Shown: piece after piece, positions 1 through 7,851 of the stretch | Position numbering within the stretch: position 1 is the stretch's first letter | How the letters are laid out: every line of letters starts with the position of its first letter | Source: Chitinophagaceae bacterium | Lineage (GTDB): Bacteria > Bacteroidota > Bacteroidia > Chitinophagales > Chitinophagaceae | Direction of reading: 5' to 3' | Assembly: GCA_004322425.1 (NCBI GenBank) | Contig: SCVJ01000022.1 | Location: 92,064 to 156,063 of the forward strand | Length of the DNA: 64,000 nucleotides | Notes under the pieces: generated by a model | The model's database searches: none | Seen by the model: only the letters and a program-made list of their open reading frames with translations | Told to the model about the DNA's origin: nothing | Position numbers and translations under genes: made by a program

Positions 1-2
1 TT

Positions 3-785
3 GAAGTTCAGTTTGCGGATTATCTATATGCTGGATTTAATCAGTTGGTTTGTGAAATATCAAAATCATGTTATTTAAGTGGCGGAAAATTTCCTATTTC
101 CACAATCATTCGCGTTCCAGTTGGCGCCTACGGTGGTGGTGGCCCTTATCACAGTGGCTCCGTTGAAACAACTTTGCTTTCCATTAAAGGGATTAAGATT
201 GTTTATCCATCAAATGCTGCTGATATGAAAGGATTGATGAAAGCTGCATTTTATGACTGTAATCCTGTAGTTATGTTGGAACACAAAGGATTATATTGGA
301 GCAAAGTGCCTGGAACAGAAAGTGCCAAATCGGTTGAACCTTCTAAAGATTATATTCTTCCGTTAGGCAAGGCAAACCAAATTCTTGCCGCTTCAGATGA
401 TAAAATAGAGGAGGGAAAAACTTGCTGCATAATAACCTACGGTATGGGTGTTTATTGGGCTAAATCCGTCGCCAAGTATTTTCAAGGACAAATTGAAATA
501 ATAGATTTGCGTTGTTTATTTCCATTAGACGAAGAAATGATTTTTGAAACAGTAAAAAGGCATGGTAAATGTTTAGTACTTACTGAAGAACAACAAAATA
601 ATTCCTTCGCCGAAGCATTGGCAGGTAGAATTTCGAAAAATTGTTTTCAATTGCTGGACAGTCCAGTAGATGTATTGGGGGCAGAAAATCTGCCTGCTGT
701 CCCTTTAAATATTGGCTTAGAGTCTGCTATGTTACCCAATGCCGAAAAACTGCGCCAAAGATTGAATTTTATTTTAGAAAATTAG
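3..785 (+). CDS. 2-oxoacid (pyruvate/branched-chain) dehydrogenase E1 component, beta/transketolase-like C-terminal part; 5' end outside the window
   Basis: Frame 3 is open from the window edge (EVQFADYLYAGFNQLV precedes the listed Met). GGPYHSGS, VVMLEHKGLYW and IEIIDLRCLFPLD are typical E1-beta segments. Confidence 0.85.
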   Translation, partial: EVQFADYLYAGFNQLVCEISKSCYLSGGKFPISTIIRVPVGAYGGGGPYHSGSVETTLLSIKGIKIVYPSNAADMKGLMKAAFYDCNPVVMLEHKGLYWSKVPGTESAKSVEPSKDYILPLGKANQILAASDDKIEEGKTCCIITYGMGVYWAKSVAKYFQGQIEIIDLRCLFPLDEEMIFETVKRHGKCLVLTEEQQNNSFAEALAGRISKNCFQLLDSPVDVLGAENLPAVPLNIGLESAMLPNAEKLRQRLNFILEN

Positions 786-797
786 GCCATAAGCACC

Positions 798-805
798 TAA
801 TTTTG
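798..805 (+). promoter_or_regulatory. Bacteroidota sigma-A type -7 box TAATTTTG upstream of atpG
   Basis: Exact match to TAnnTTTG, 38 nt before the atpG ATG, in the 58-nt gap after the E1 stop codon. Confidence 0.5.
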
Positions 806-843
806 CGGCCAATTTAAGAGTTAAATTTTCGAAATTATTCAAC

Positions 844-1725
844 ATGTCAGGACAATTAAAAGAAGTTCGTAATCGTATCAAATCGGTACAAAGTACGCAG
901 CAAATAACGAAGGCAATGAAGATGGTGAGTGCTGCCAAATTAAGACGTGCACAAGATGCCATTATTCAAATGAGGCCTTATGCTCGTAAGATGCAAGACT
1001 TGTTGAGCAATATTGTTAGCAATGCCGGTAGTGGTTCAGGGATGAATTTGGCTGAAGCACGTCCGATTGAAAAAGTATTGATGATTGTAATTACCAGCGA
1101 CAGAGGATTGTGTGGTGCCTATAATGCAAACATTATTAAACTGGCAAAATCTACTATTGCTGAAAAATATTCGGCAGTTCATAAAAAAGGAAATGTAACT
1201 ATTTGGAGTATTGGAAAAAAAGGGTTTGAACATTTTTCAAAAAACAAATTCAATACCGATGCAACGTTTAAAGATATTTTCCTGCAACTGAATTTTGAAA
1301 ATGTACAGAAAGCCGCACTTAGTGCTGCAACTGCTTTTCAAGAAAAACAATTTGATGTGGTTGAAATTGTGTACAGCCAATTTAAAAATGCGGGCACTCA
1401 ACAATTTGAAATAGAACAATTTTTACCCATTCCCAAAGTAAAAGTAAAACCCGGTGCAACCAAAGCCGACTTTATTTTCGATCCAGAAAAAGAGCAATTG
1501 ATTGCCGAGTTGATGCCTAAAATTCTTAATACTCAATTATACAAAGCCGTACTGGACGCTAATGCCAGCGAACACGGAGCAAGAATGACAGCCATGGACA
1601 AAGCCAGCGAAAATGCAAATGAAATGCTTCGTTCGCTTCGTATCAGTTATAACCGTGCAAGACAAGCAGCTATCACAACCGAGTTGACAGAAATTGTAAG
1701 TGGTGCAGCCGCATTACAAGGTTGA
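844..1725 (+). CDS. atpG: F0F1 ATP synthase gamma subunit
   Basis: 293 aa. N-terminal LKEVRNRIKSVQSTQQITKAMKMVSAAKLRRAQ and C-terminal ITTELTEIVSGAAAL are gamma-subunit hallmarks. Confidence 0.95.
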   Translation: MSGQLKEVRNRIKSVQSTQQITKAMKMVSAAKLRRAQDAIIQMRPYARKMQDLLSNIVSNAGSGSGMNLAEARPIEKVLMIVITSDRGLCGAYNANIIKLAKSTIAEKYSAVHKKGNVTIWSIGKKGFEHFSKNKFNTDATFKDIFLQLNFENVQKAALSAATAFQEKQFDVVEIVYSQFKNAGTQQFEIEQFLPIPKVKVKPGATKADFIFDPEKEQLIAELMPKILNTQLYKAVLDANASEHGARMTAMDKASENANEMLRSLRISYNRARQAAITTELTEIVSGAAALQG

Positions 1726-1814
1726 TAATTTCTCACTATTTATGTGGGAATTAAAATTTATTTCTTTCAGTTATAATTAGCACATTTGCTGATCTGAAAA
1801 CGGACAATTGTATT

Positions 1815-2504
1815 ATGGAAATTACCACCTTAATCCCACACATCGAAGCGCTGATTTTTGCTAGCGATAAACCTTTAACCAGTTTAGAAATTACTGATCT
1901 TATTAATCAAGCTTTTTCATTTATGGATGAAAAAGTAGAACTGGATAAAGTAGAGTCGGCAGTGGAAGGAATTGTTGAAAAATATAATACTGAATTTTAT
2001 CCTTTTGAAGTGAAAATGATTGGAGGTGGTTGGCAATTTCTTTCGAAAGTGCCTTTTCATAAAACGATTGCACAGCTTAACGGCGATAAGTTTTTAAAAA
2101 AATTATCAACAGCGGCTATGGAAACATTAGCTATTGTGGCGTACAAACAACCTGTTACAAAAGGAGAGATTGAGTCCATTCGTGGCGTGAATGCTGATTA
2201 TGCTGTACAACGGTTATTGGAAAAAGAATTAATCGTCATCAGTGGACGCAATGAAAAGCAGCCAGGGCAACCATTATTATATTCTACTTCCAAAAATTTT
2301 ATGGATTATTTCGGAATCAATTCATCCGACGATCTACCTACTTTAAGTGAAGTGTTGGCAGAACAATTAATAGAACCTACTATTATAAATAATACTGAAT
2401 TAATGGAAGAAGCAGAAACAACAAATCTTGCTGTTTCGGAAAATGGAGAACTCTTACCTCATAATCCTGACTCAAATTCTGATGACGAAAATATTCCATC
2501 TTAA
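1815..2504 (+). CDS. scpB: segregation and condensation protein B (SMC-ScpAB complex)
   Basis: IEALIFASDKPL, ETLAIVAYKQPVTKGEIESIRGV and YSTSKNFMDYFGI motifs, with an acidic C-terminal tail. Confidence 0.85.
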   Translation: MEITTLIPHIEALIFASDKPLTSLEITDLINQAFSFMDEKVELDKVESAVEGIVEKYNTEFYPFEVKMIGGGWQFLSKVPFHKTIAQLNGDKFLKKLSTAAMETLAIVAYKQPVTKGEIESIRGVNADYAVQRLLEKELIVISGRNEKQPGQPLLYSTSKNFMDYFGINSSDDLPTLSEVLAEQLIEPTIINNTELMEEAETTNLAVSENGELLPHNPDSNSDDENIPS

Positions 2505-2583
2505 TAGTATTAGTACAAAATAAGTAACGGGGAATCTTCCAATCATTCTTTTTTCACTTCGAGTTGCACTTATCTTCGCAAAG

Positions 2584-3792
2584 ATGAAAATCTTGAAAGA
2601 ACAGTTTGAGTCAATTGCACAAAAGTTTGGAACACCATTGTATGTTTATCATGCAGAAAAAATAAATGAGCAGTATCAAAAATTGGTAACTGCATTTTCT
2701 ATTTTGGATACCCAATTTTTTTATGCTTGCAAGGCACTCACCAATATTAATATTCTTCGCTATATAAAAGAGTTGGGTTGCAATGTGGATTGCAGTTCCA
2801 TCAACGAAGTAAAACTTGCGATCCTTGCTGGATTTGAACCTCAAAGAATTCTTTATACATCGAATGGGATAGCTTTTAGTGAAATTGAGGAAGCTGCAGA
2901 AATTGGTGTACATATTAATATCGACAGTTTATCAAATTTAGAAAAGTTTGGAAAAAAATACGGACATAGTTATCCAGTGGGAATACGAATAAGGCCAAAC
3001 ATTTTGGCAGGAGGTAATTTAAAAATTTCTACAGGACATGATGGAAGCAAGTTTGGTATTCCCATAAATCAATTAGATAAGATTGAAGAAATTGTAAGTT
3101 CAACAAATTTGTTGATCAGAAGTTTACATATTCATACAGGAAGTGATATTAAAGATCCTTCTGTATTTGTAAAAGGGATGGAGGTTCTTTTTGAATTAAT
3201 CCCTCATTTTCCTGAGCTGGAAGTGATTGATCTCGGTGGTGGTTTTAAGGTGCCTTACAAGCCAGAAGAAAAAGAAACCGATGTAATTCTATTAGCACAA
3301 AAAATTAAAGAAACATTTAATAAGCATCTAATTGCCGGGAATAAAAAATTTCAGGTTTGGTTTGAACCCGGAAAATTTTTAGTGAGTGAATGTGGATTTT
3401 TGTTGACAAAGGTTACCGTACTAAAAAATGCGGGTGATATTATATTCGCAGCGGTAGATAGTGGTTTTAATCACTTAATCAGACCTATGATGTATGATGC
3501 GTATCATCATATTGAAAATATCTCCAATCCAACTGGCGAATTAAAAGTTTATACGATTACTGGAAATATTTGTGAGACAGATACTTTTGCTGCAGATCGA
3601 GCGCTTAATGAAATAAGAGAAGGAGATACACTCGTTTTTTATAATGCTGGCGCTTATGGTTTCGAAATGTCTTCTAATTACAATGCCCGATTTAAGCCTG
3701 CAGAAATAATAATAAAGGAAGGGACTGCAAGTTTGATTAGAAAAAGAGATACTTGGGATGATTTACTCAAAGGACAAATTGGTGTACTTTAG
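2584..3792 (+). CDS. lysA: diaminopimelate decarboxylase (PLP-dependent, group IV decarboxylase fold)
   Basis: 402 aa. Has FFYACKAL (PLP-lysine region), HIHTGS, DLGGGF, EPGKFLV and GNICETD motifs. Confidence 0.85.
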   Translation: MKILKEQFESIAQKFGTPLYVYHAEKINEQYQKLVTAFSILDTQFFYACKALTNINILRYIKELGCNVDCSSINEVKLAILAGFEPQRILYTSNGIAFSEIEEAAEIGVHINIDSLSNLEKFGKKYGHSYPVGIRIRPNILAGGNLKISTGHDGSKFGIPINQLDKIEEIVSSTNLLIRSLHIHTGSDIKDPSVFVKGMEVLFELIPHFPELEVIDLGGGFKVPYKPEEKETDVILLAQKIKETFNKHLIAGNKKFQVWFEPGKFLVSECGFLLTKVTVLKNAGDIIFAAVDSGFNHLIRPMMYDAYHHIENISNPTGELKVYTITGNICETDTFAADRALNEIREGDTLVFYNAGAYGFEMSSNYNARFKPAEIIIKEGTASLIRKRDTWDDLLKGQIGVL

Positions 3793-3823
3793 TGTTCTTC
3801 ATTTTTAATAAGAACTAAATTTT

Positions 3824-4309
3824 ATGGAAGCAGGGTTTCAAATCTTCAAATCGTTAATAACACATTCATTCAAATCAAAATGGTTTTTATTAACACAATT
3901 ACCCAGTGCTTTTTTCTCTGGTGTTCGTGTACGAAAAATCGATGAAGATCGTTGCGAAGTTTCTGTGCCCCATCAATGGTTTTCAAAAAATCCTTTTCGT
4001 TCTACTTATTTTGCATGCTTAGGTATGGCAGCGGAAATGAGTACTGGCGCACTGTCTTTGGGACATTTATTTAAAAAATCACCGGCGGTTTCTATGTTGG
4101 TGGTACATTCAACAGCAGAATTTTTTAAAAAAGCAACGGACGTAACCACATTTATTTGTGTTGATGGTTTGTTACTTAAAAAAACAATTGAGGAAGCGAT
4201 TAGTAGTGGTGAATCGAAATCAGTAGCCGTAAAATCAGTTGGAAAAAATGTAGCAGGAGAAGTAATTGCTCAATTTCAATTCACGTGGTCCTTTAAGGTT
4301 AAGGGTTAA
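3824..4309 (+). CDS. DUF4442-like hotdog-fold (thioesterase-like) protein
   Basis: 161 aa. The LPSAFFSGVRV..ID...CEVSVP...NPFRSTYFACLGMAAEMSTG pattern resembles the DUF4442 family as I recall it. Function unknown. Confidence 0.55.
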   Translation: MEAGFQIFKSLITHSFKSKWFLLTQLPSAFFSGVRVRKIDEDRCEVSVPHQWFSKNPFRSTYFACLGMAAEMSTGALSLGHLFKKSPAVSMLVVHSTAEFFKKATDVTTFICVDGLLLKKTIEEAISSGESKSVAVKSVGKNVAGEVIAQFQFTWSFKVKG

Positions 4310-4335
4310 ATAGGGCTACTAACGGGTTTAAAGTT

Positions 4336-6222
4336 TCACCATCCAATTCCGTAATCTTCTCCATGATTGCTGCTGCCGCCCCAAAGCGTACCATGTTTCC
4401 AATCGAACCAAATAGCATTTATCGGCCCACTTGTTCGATCATCAAATTTTAATTGATAGCCCATTTGTTTCAATTGCTCTCGAACGGATTCTGGTGTAGA
4501 TTGATGCAATAAAATACTTCCCGGCCTTGGCTTTCGGTCTTCAATTTTACTTCCACCTAACGATAACCATAATTGATTACTATTGATGTTGGCTGCTTCG
4601 CAGGCTTGTTGAACTGTCATTCCAAATTCAACCATATTTAAAAAAAATTGTAATAGGTTTTGATCTTGCGTATCTCCACCTTGCACAGCAAAACTTAAAA
4701 ATGGTTTTCCATCTTTTAATGCCATCGATGGCGTAAGCGTAACGCGTGGTCTTTTGCCCGGAGCTACTACATTAAAAGGATTCAGGAAACTATCAAGTAC
4801 AAAACTTTGCATACGTTGACTCATTCCAATTCCAGTATTGCCGGCAATACTAGCCGGTAACCATCCACCACTTGGTGTTATGGAAACCACCCAACCTTCT
4901 TTATCAGCAGCCTCTACGCTTGTTGTTCCTCTCCATAATCGATCGAGATATTCTGTTTCTTTCAATGCTAAACTTTGTATGTCGTGTTGGGGTGTAAAAT
5001 TTCTAAAAGTAGTATCAATAGAAAAACCTCTTTGTTTCAATAAATCTGTGTACGGATTTATTTTTCCTTCAAAGAAATAAGGATTACCGGGACCGATAGT
5101 TGGATTATTTTTTTCAAAATCAATTAGCGACGATCGTTGTTTTGCATAGGATTTACTTAGCAATCCTTTTATTGGATTATCAATTGAAAAACTTGGATCG
5201 CCATAATAAAAATCGCGATCCGCAAAACACAGATTCATGGTTTGATAAAGTGTATGAATATATTTTGTACTATTATAGCCCATTGCTTTTAAATCGAAAT
5301 TTTCTAAAATATTAAGAGCTTGCAATAGCATAGGGCCTTGCGTCCATTGTTGTAATTTATAAACATCAATTCCTTTATAGTTTACCTTAAGTGGTTCTTC
5401 TTCAATCGGTTCCCAATTAGCCAAATCATTCATCGTAATTAAACCACCTTGTTCTTGGCAACCTCTAACAAATTCAACAGCAATTTCGCCAGTATAAAAA
5501 CAGTCGTATGCTGCCATTATTGCTTGCTTTCTATTTTTCCCTTTTTGAAGAGCAAGTTGTTCTGCATTTATCATTTTAGAAAGAGTTGCCAATAAATCTT
5601 TTTGAATAAAAATTTCTCCCGCCTCTGGTGCTTCTCTTTTTTCTCCTAAATGAGGTAATAAAACATTTTTACTATAAGGCCATTCTTTAATTCTATTTTT
5701 TGAACGTTCAATGCTATTTGCAGTTTGCGCATCAATTGGATATCCTTCAGCCAATTTCATGGCGGGGGCAAGTACTTCTTTTAAACTGAGTGTTCCATAA
5801 TTGGCAAGCATATAACAAATACCTCCTGGTGTGCCTGGTGTTGTTGCTGATAATGGTCCATATTCGGGAGGGAAACTGTATCCTTTCGATTTAAAAAAAT
5901 CAACTGTTGCACCAGAAGGTGCTACGCCTAAAGCATTAATCGCTATTACTTTTTTAGTATTGGGATTATAAATCAGGGCTTGTGTTTCTCCTCCCCAACT
6001 AAGTACATCCCACATAGTACAAGTAGCTGCTAGCATTGCACAGGCAGCATCTACAGCGTTTCCACCTTTTTGAAAAATAAGAGATCCTGCTGTGGCCGCC
6101 AATGGTTTTCCGGTAATTGCCATCCACTCTTTTCCGTGTAATGGTGGCTTTTGTGTTTGTTGAGAAAATGATAGTTGACTAATTATTGAAATAAATACAA
6201 CCGATAAAAAATGTTTTTTCAT
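4336..6222 (-). CDS. ggt: gamma-glutamyltransferase family protein (secreted)
   Basis: About 628 aa. Signal peptide MKKHFLSVVFISIISQLSFSQ; GGNAVDAA and the autoprocessing-type GTTSVEAADKEGWVVSITPSGG segment. The ORF-track start at 6228 is a TTG two codons upstream; I prefer the ATG at 6222. Confidence 0.8.
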   Translation of the reverse strand: MKKHFLSVVFISIISQLSFSQQTQKPPLHGKEWMAITGKPLAATAGSLIFQKGGNAVDAACAMLAATCTMWDVLSWGGETQALIYNPNTKKVIAINALGVAPSGATVDFFKSKGYSFPPEYGPLSATTPGTPGGICYMLANYGTLSLKEVLAPAMKLAEGYPIDAQTANSIERSKNRIKEWPYSKNVLLPHLGEKREAPEAGEIFIQKDLLATLSKMINAEQLALQKGKNRKQAIMAAYDCFYTGEIAVEFVRGCQEQGGLITMNDLANWEPIEEEPLKVNYKGIDVYKLQQWTQGPMLLQALNILENFDLKAMGYNSTKYIHTLYQTMNLCFADRDFYYGDPSFSIDNPIKGLLSKSYAKQRSSLIDFEKNNPTIGPGNPYFFEGKINPYTDLLKQRGFSIDTTFRNFTPQHDIQSLALKETEYLDRLWRGTTSVEAADKEGWVVSITPSGGWLPASIAGNTGIGMSQRMQSFVLDSFLNPFNVVAPGKRPRVTLTPSMALKDGKPFLSFAVQGGDTQDQNLLQFFLNMVEFGMTVQQACEAANINSNQLWLSLGGSKIEDRKPRPGSILLHQSTPESVREQLKQMGYQLKFDDRTSGPINAIWFDWKHGTLWGGSSNHGEDYGIGW

Positions 6223-6280
6223 ACTCAAAATTATTCACAAGTTTAATGAATATTTTTTGAGAGTGCAGCATTTTTACTTA

Positions 6281-7654
6281 CTAATTGATTGGCTTTAGTT
6301 TCGCTGTAAAATGTCGAAGCATAGGTGCTTCTTCAGTTATTGCTAATCCTACAATCGATTTTCGGTTTTCAAATACTTCAATTATTATTTCAGCCACATA
6401 ATCAATATGGCTTTGAGTGTATGTCCTTCTCGGTATAGCAAGCCTAACCAACTCCATTTGCGCGGGAATCAAACCGCCAGCTTCGGCATATTTACCAAAC
6501 ATTAATGAACCAATTTCTACGCCACGAACGCCACCCTCTTCATATAATGCACAAACCAATGCTTGTCCTGGATATTGTGTAACAGGAATATGAGCAAGAA
6601 ATTGTTTTGCATCAATATAAACTGCGTGTCCTCCTGCTGGCTGAATTACAGGAATTCCAGCATCAATTAATTTGTTAGATAAATACTCAATACTCCTAAT
6701 TCGGTATTGTAGATAATGTTCATCTACCACTTCTTTTAAACCAATGGCAATTGCTTCAAGATCACGACCTGCAAGTCCGCCGTAGGTTGGAAAACCTTCT
6801 GTAATAATTAATAGATTGCGACAAAGCTGTGCCAGTTCTTCATTCTGTACGGCAAGAAACCCACCAATATTGGCGAAGGCATCTTTTTTTGCACTCATCG
6901 TACAGCCATCGGCATAAGAAAAAAGTTCTTTGGCAATTTCAAAAACGGATTTATCAGCATACCCTTTTTCACGCAATTTTATGAAGTAACAATTTTCAGC
7001 AAATCGGCAAGCATCAATAAACAACGGAATATTATTTTCTACACAAATCTTTTTTACATCTTTAATATTTTGCATACTCACCGGTTGGCCACCTCCTGAA
7101 TTGTTTGTAACAGTTATAAGACAAAGTGGAATATTAGCAGCGCCTTTTTCTTTAATAATATTTTTTAAAGCTTCTGTATCCATATTTCCTTTGAAGGGTG
7201 CTGGAATGGTAGGCTTTTTTCCTTCGGCACATAATAAATCAATTCCTTCGGCACCCGAATACTCAATATTCGCTCTTGTTGTATCAAACAAAGTATTGCT
7301 GATAAAATATTTTCCTTTTCCTCCAAGAATTGAAAACAGAATTTTTTCAGAAGCTCTTCCTTGATGAGTAGGGATAATAAATTTCATTCCGGTTATTTGA
7401 CGAACGGTTTCTTCGAAATGAAAAAAACTTGGACTACCCGCATACGACTCATCACCTCGCATAATGCCGGCCCATTGTTCGCTACTCATAGCGCTAGTAC
7501 CGCTATCCGTCAATAAATCAATCAATACATTTTTTGACCGAATGAGGAAGGGATTGTAAAATGCTTCCTTTAAAAATTCAATTCTTTCTTCTTTCGAATT
7601 AAAATAAATGGGTTCAACAGATTTTATTCTAAAAGGTTCAATAATTGTTTTCAT
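6281..7654 (-). CDS. tnaA: tryptophanase (beta-eliminating lyase, PLP-dependent)
   Basis: 457 aa. EPFRIKSVEP, DLLTDSGT, SAKKDAFANIGGF (PLP lysine), EGFPTYGGLAGRD, HIPVTQYPGQALVCALY, VEIGS and LRHFTAKLKP match E. coli TnaA much better than tyrosine phenol-lyase (SGKKD, RFFTARF). Confidence 0.85.
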   Translation of the reverse strand: MKTIIEPFRIKSVEPIYFNSKEERIEFLKEAFYNPFLIRSKNVLIDLLTDSGTSAMSSEQWAGIMRGDESYAGSPSFFHFEETVRQITGMKFIIPTHQGRASEKILFSILGGKGKYFISNTLFDTTRANIEYSGAEGIDLLCAEGKKPTIPAPFKGNMDTEALKNIIKEKGAANIPLCLITVTNNSGGGQPVSMQNIKDVKKICVENNIPLFIDACRFAENCYFIKLREKGYADKSVFEIAKELFSYADGCTMSAKKDAFANIGGFLAVQNEELAQLCRNLLIITEGFPTYGGLAGRDLEAIAIGLKEVVDEHYLQYRIRSIEYLSNKLIDAGIPVIQPAGGHAVYIDAKQFLAHIPVTQYPGQALVCALYEEGGVRGVEIGSLMFGKYAEAGGLIPAQMELVRLAIPRRTYTQSHIDYVAEIIIEVFENRKSIVGLAITEEAPMLRHFTAKLKPIN

Positions 7655-7723
7655 AGGAAAAACTAAATTGTATTACTACCGGTTAAATAAAAAAAAATTA
7701 AAATGGGATAGTGGGAATATACT

Positions 7724-7762
7724 TTACGAAGGCTTTCGAATAATATTTTTCCAAATATTCAT
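7724..7762 (-). CDS. candidate 12-codon leader peptide MNIWKNIIRKPS upstream of tnaA (speculative)
   Basis: Minus strand reads ATG AAT ATT TGG AAA AAT ATT ATT CGA AAG CCT TCG TAA. It lies between a -7 box (7779-7786) and tnaA and contains a Trp codon. Confidence 0.2.
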   Translation of the reverse strand: MNIWKNIIRKPS

Positions 7763-7778
7763 AGTGAAAAATGTTTTT

Positions 7779-7786
7779 CAAAAGTA
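7779..7786 (-). promoter_or_regulatory. -7 box TACTTTTG (minus strand) upstream of tnaA leader region
   Basis: Plus strand caaaagta gives TACTTTTG on the minus strand, an exact TAnnTTTG. It sits about 125 nt upstream of the tnaA ATG and about 17 nt upstream of the mini-ORF ATG. Confidence 0.4.
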
Positions 7787-7851
7787 GCTTTATTATTTGA
7801 TTAATAATCGAATCAGTAACCGATTCAGACTTTTAAAAGGTAGCTTAAAGT

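Noticed and set aside
2505-2583. Possible lysine riboswitch or leader upstream of lysA.
   Set aside because: The gap is only 79 nt, with no extended helices. It holds only a one-mismatch -7-like box (TATCTTCG) immediately before the ATG.
6226-6233. Exact TAnnTTTG (minus strand, TAATTTTG) next to the ggt start.
   Set aside because: It begins only 4 nt upstream of the preferred ATG (6222) and overlaps the alternative TTG start. That is too close to act as that gene's -7 element. ggt is more likely co-transcribed with tnaA.
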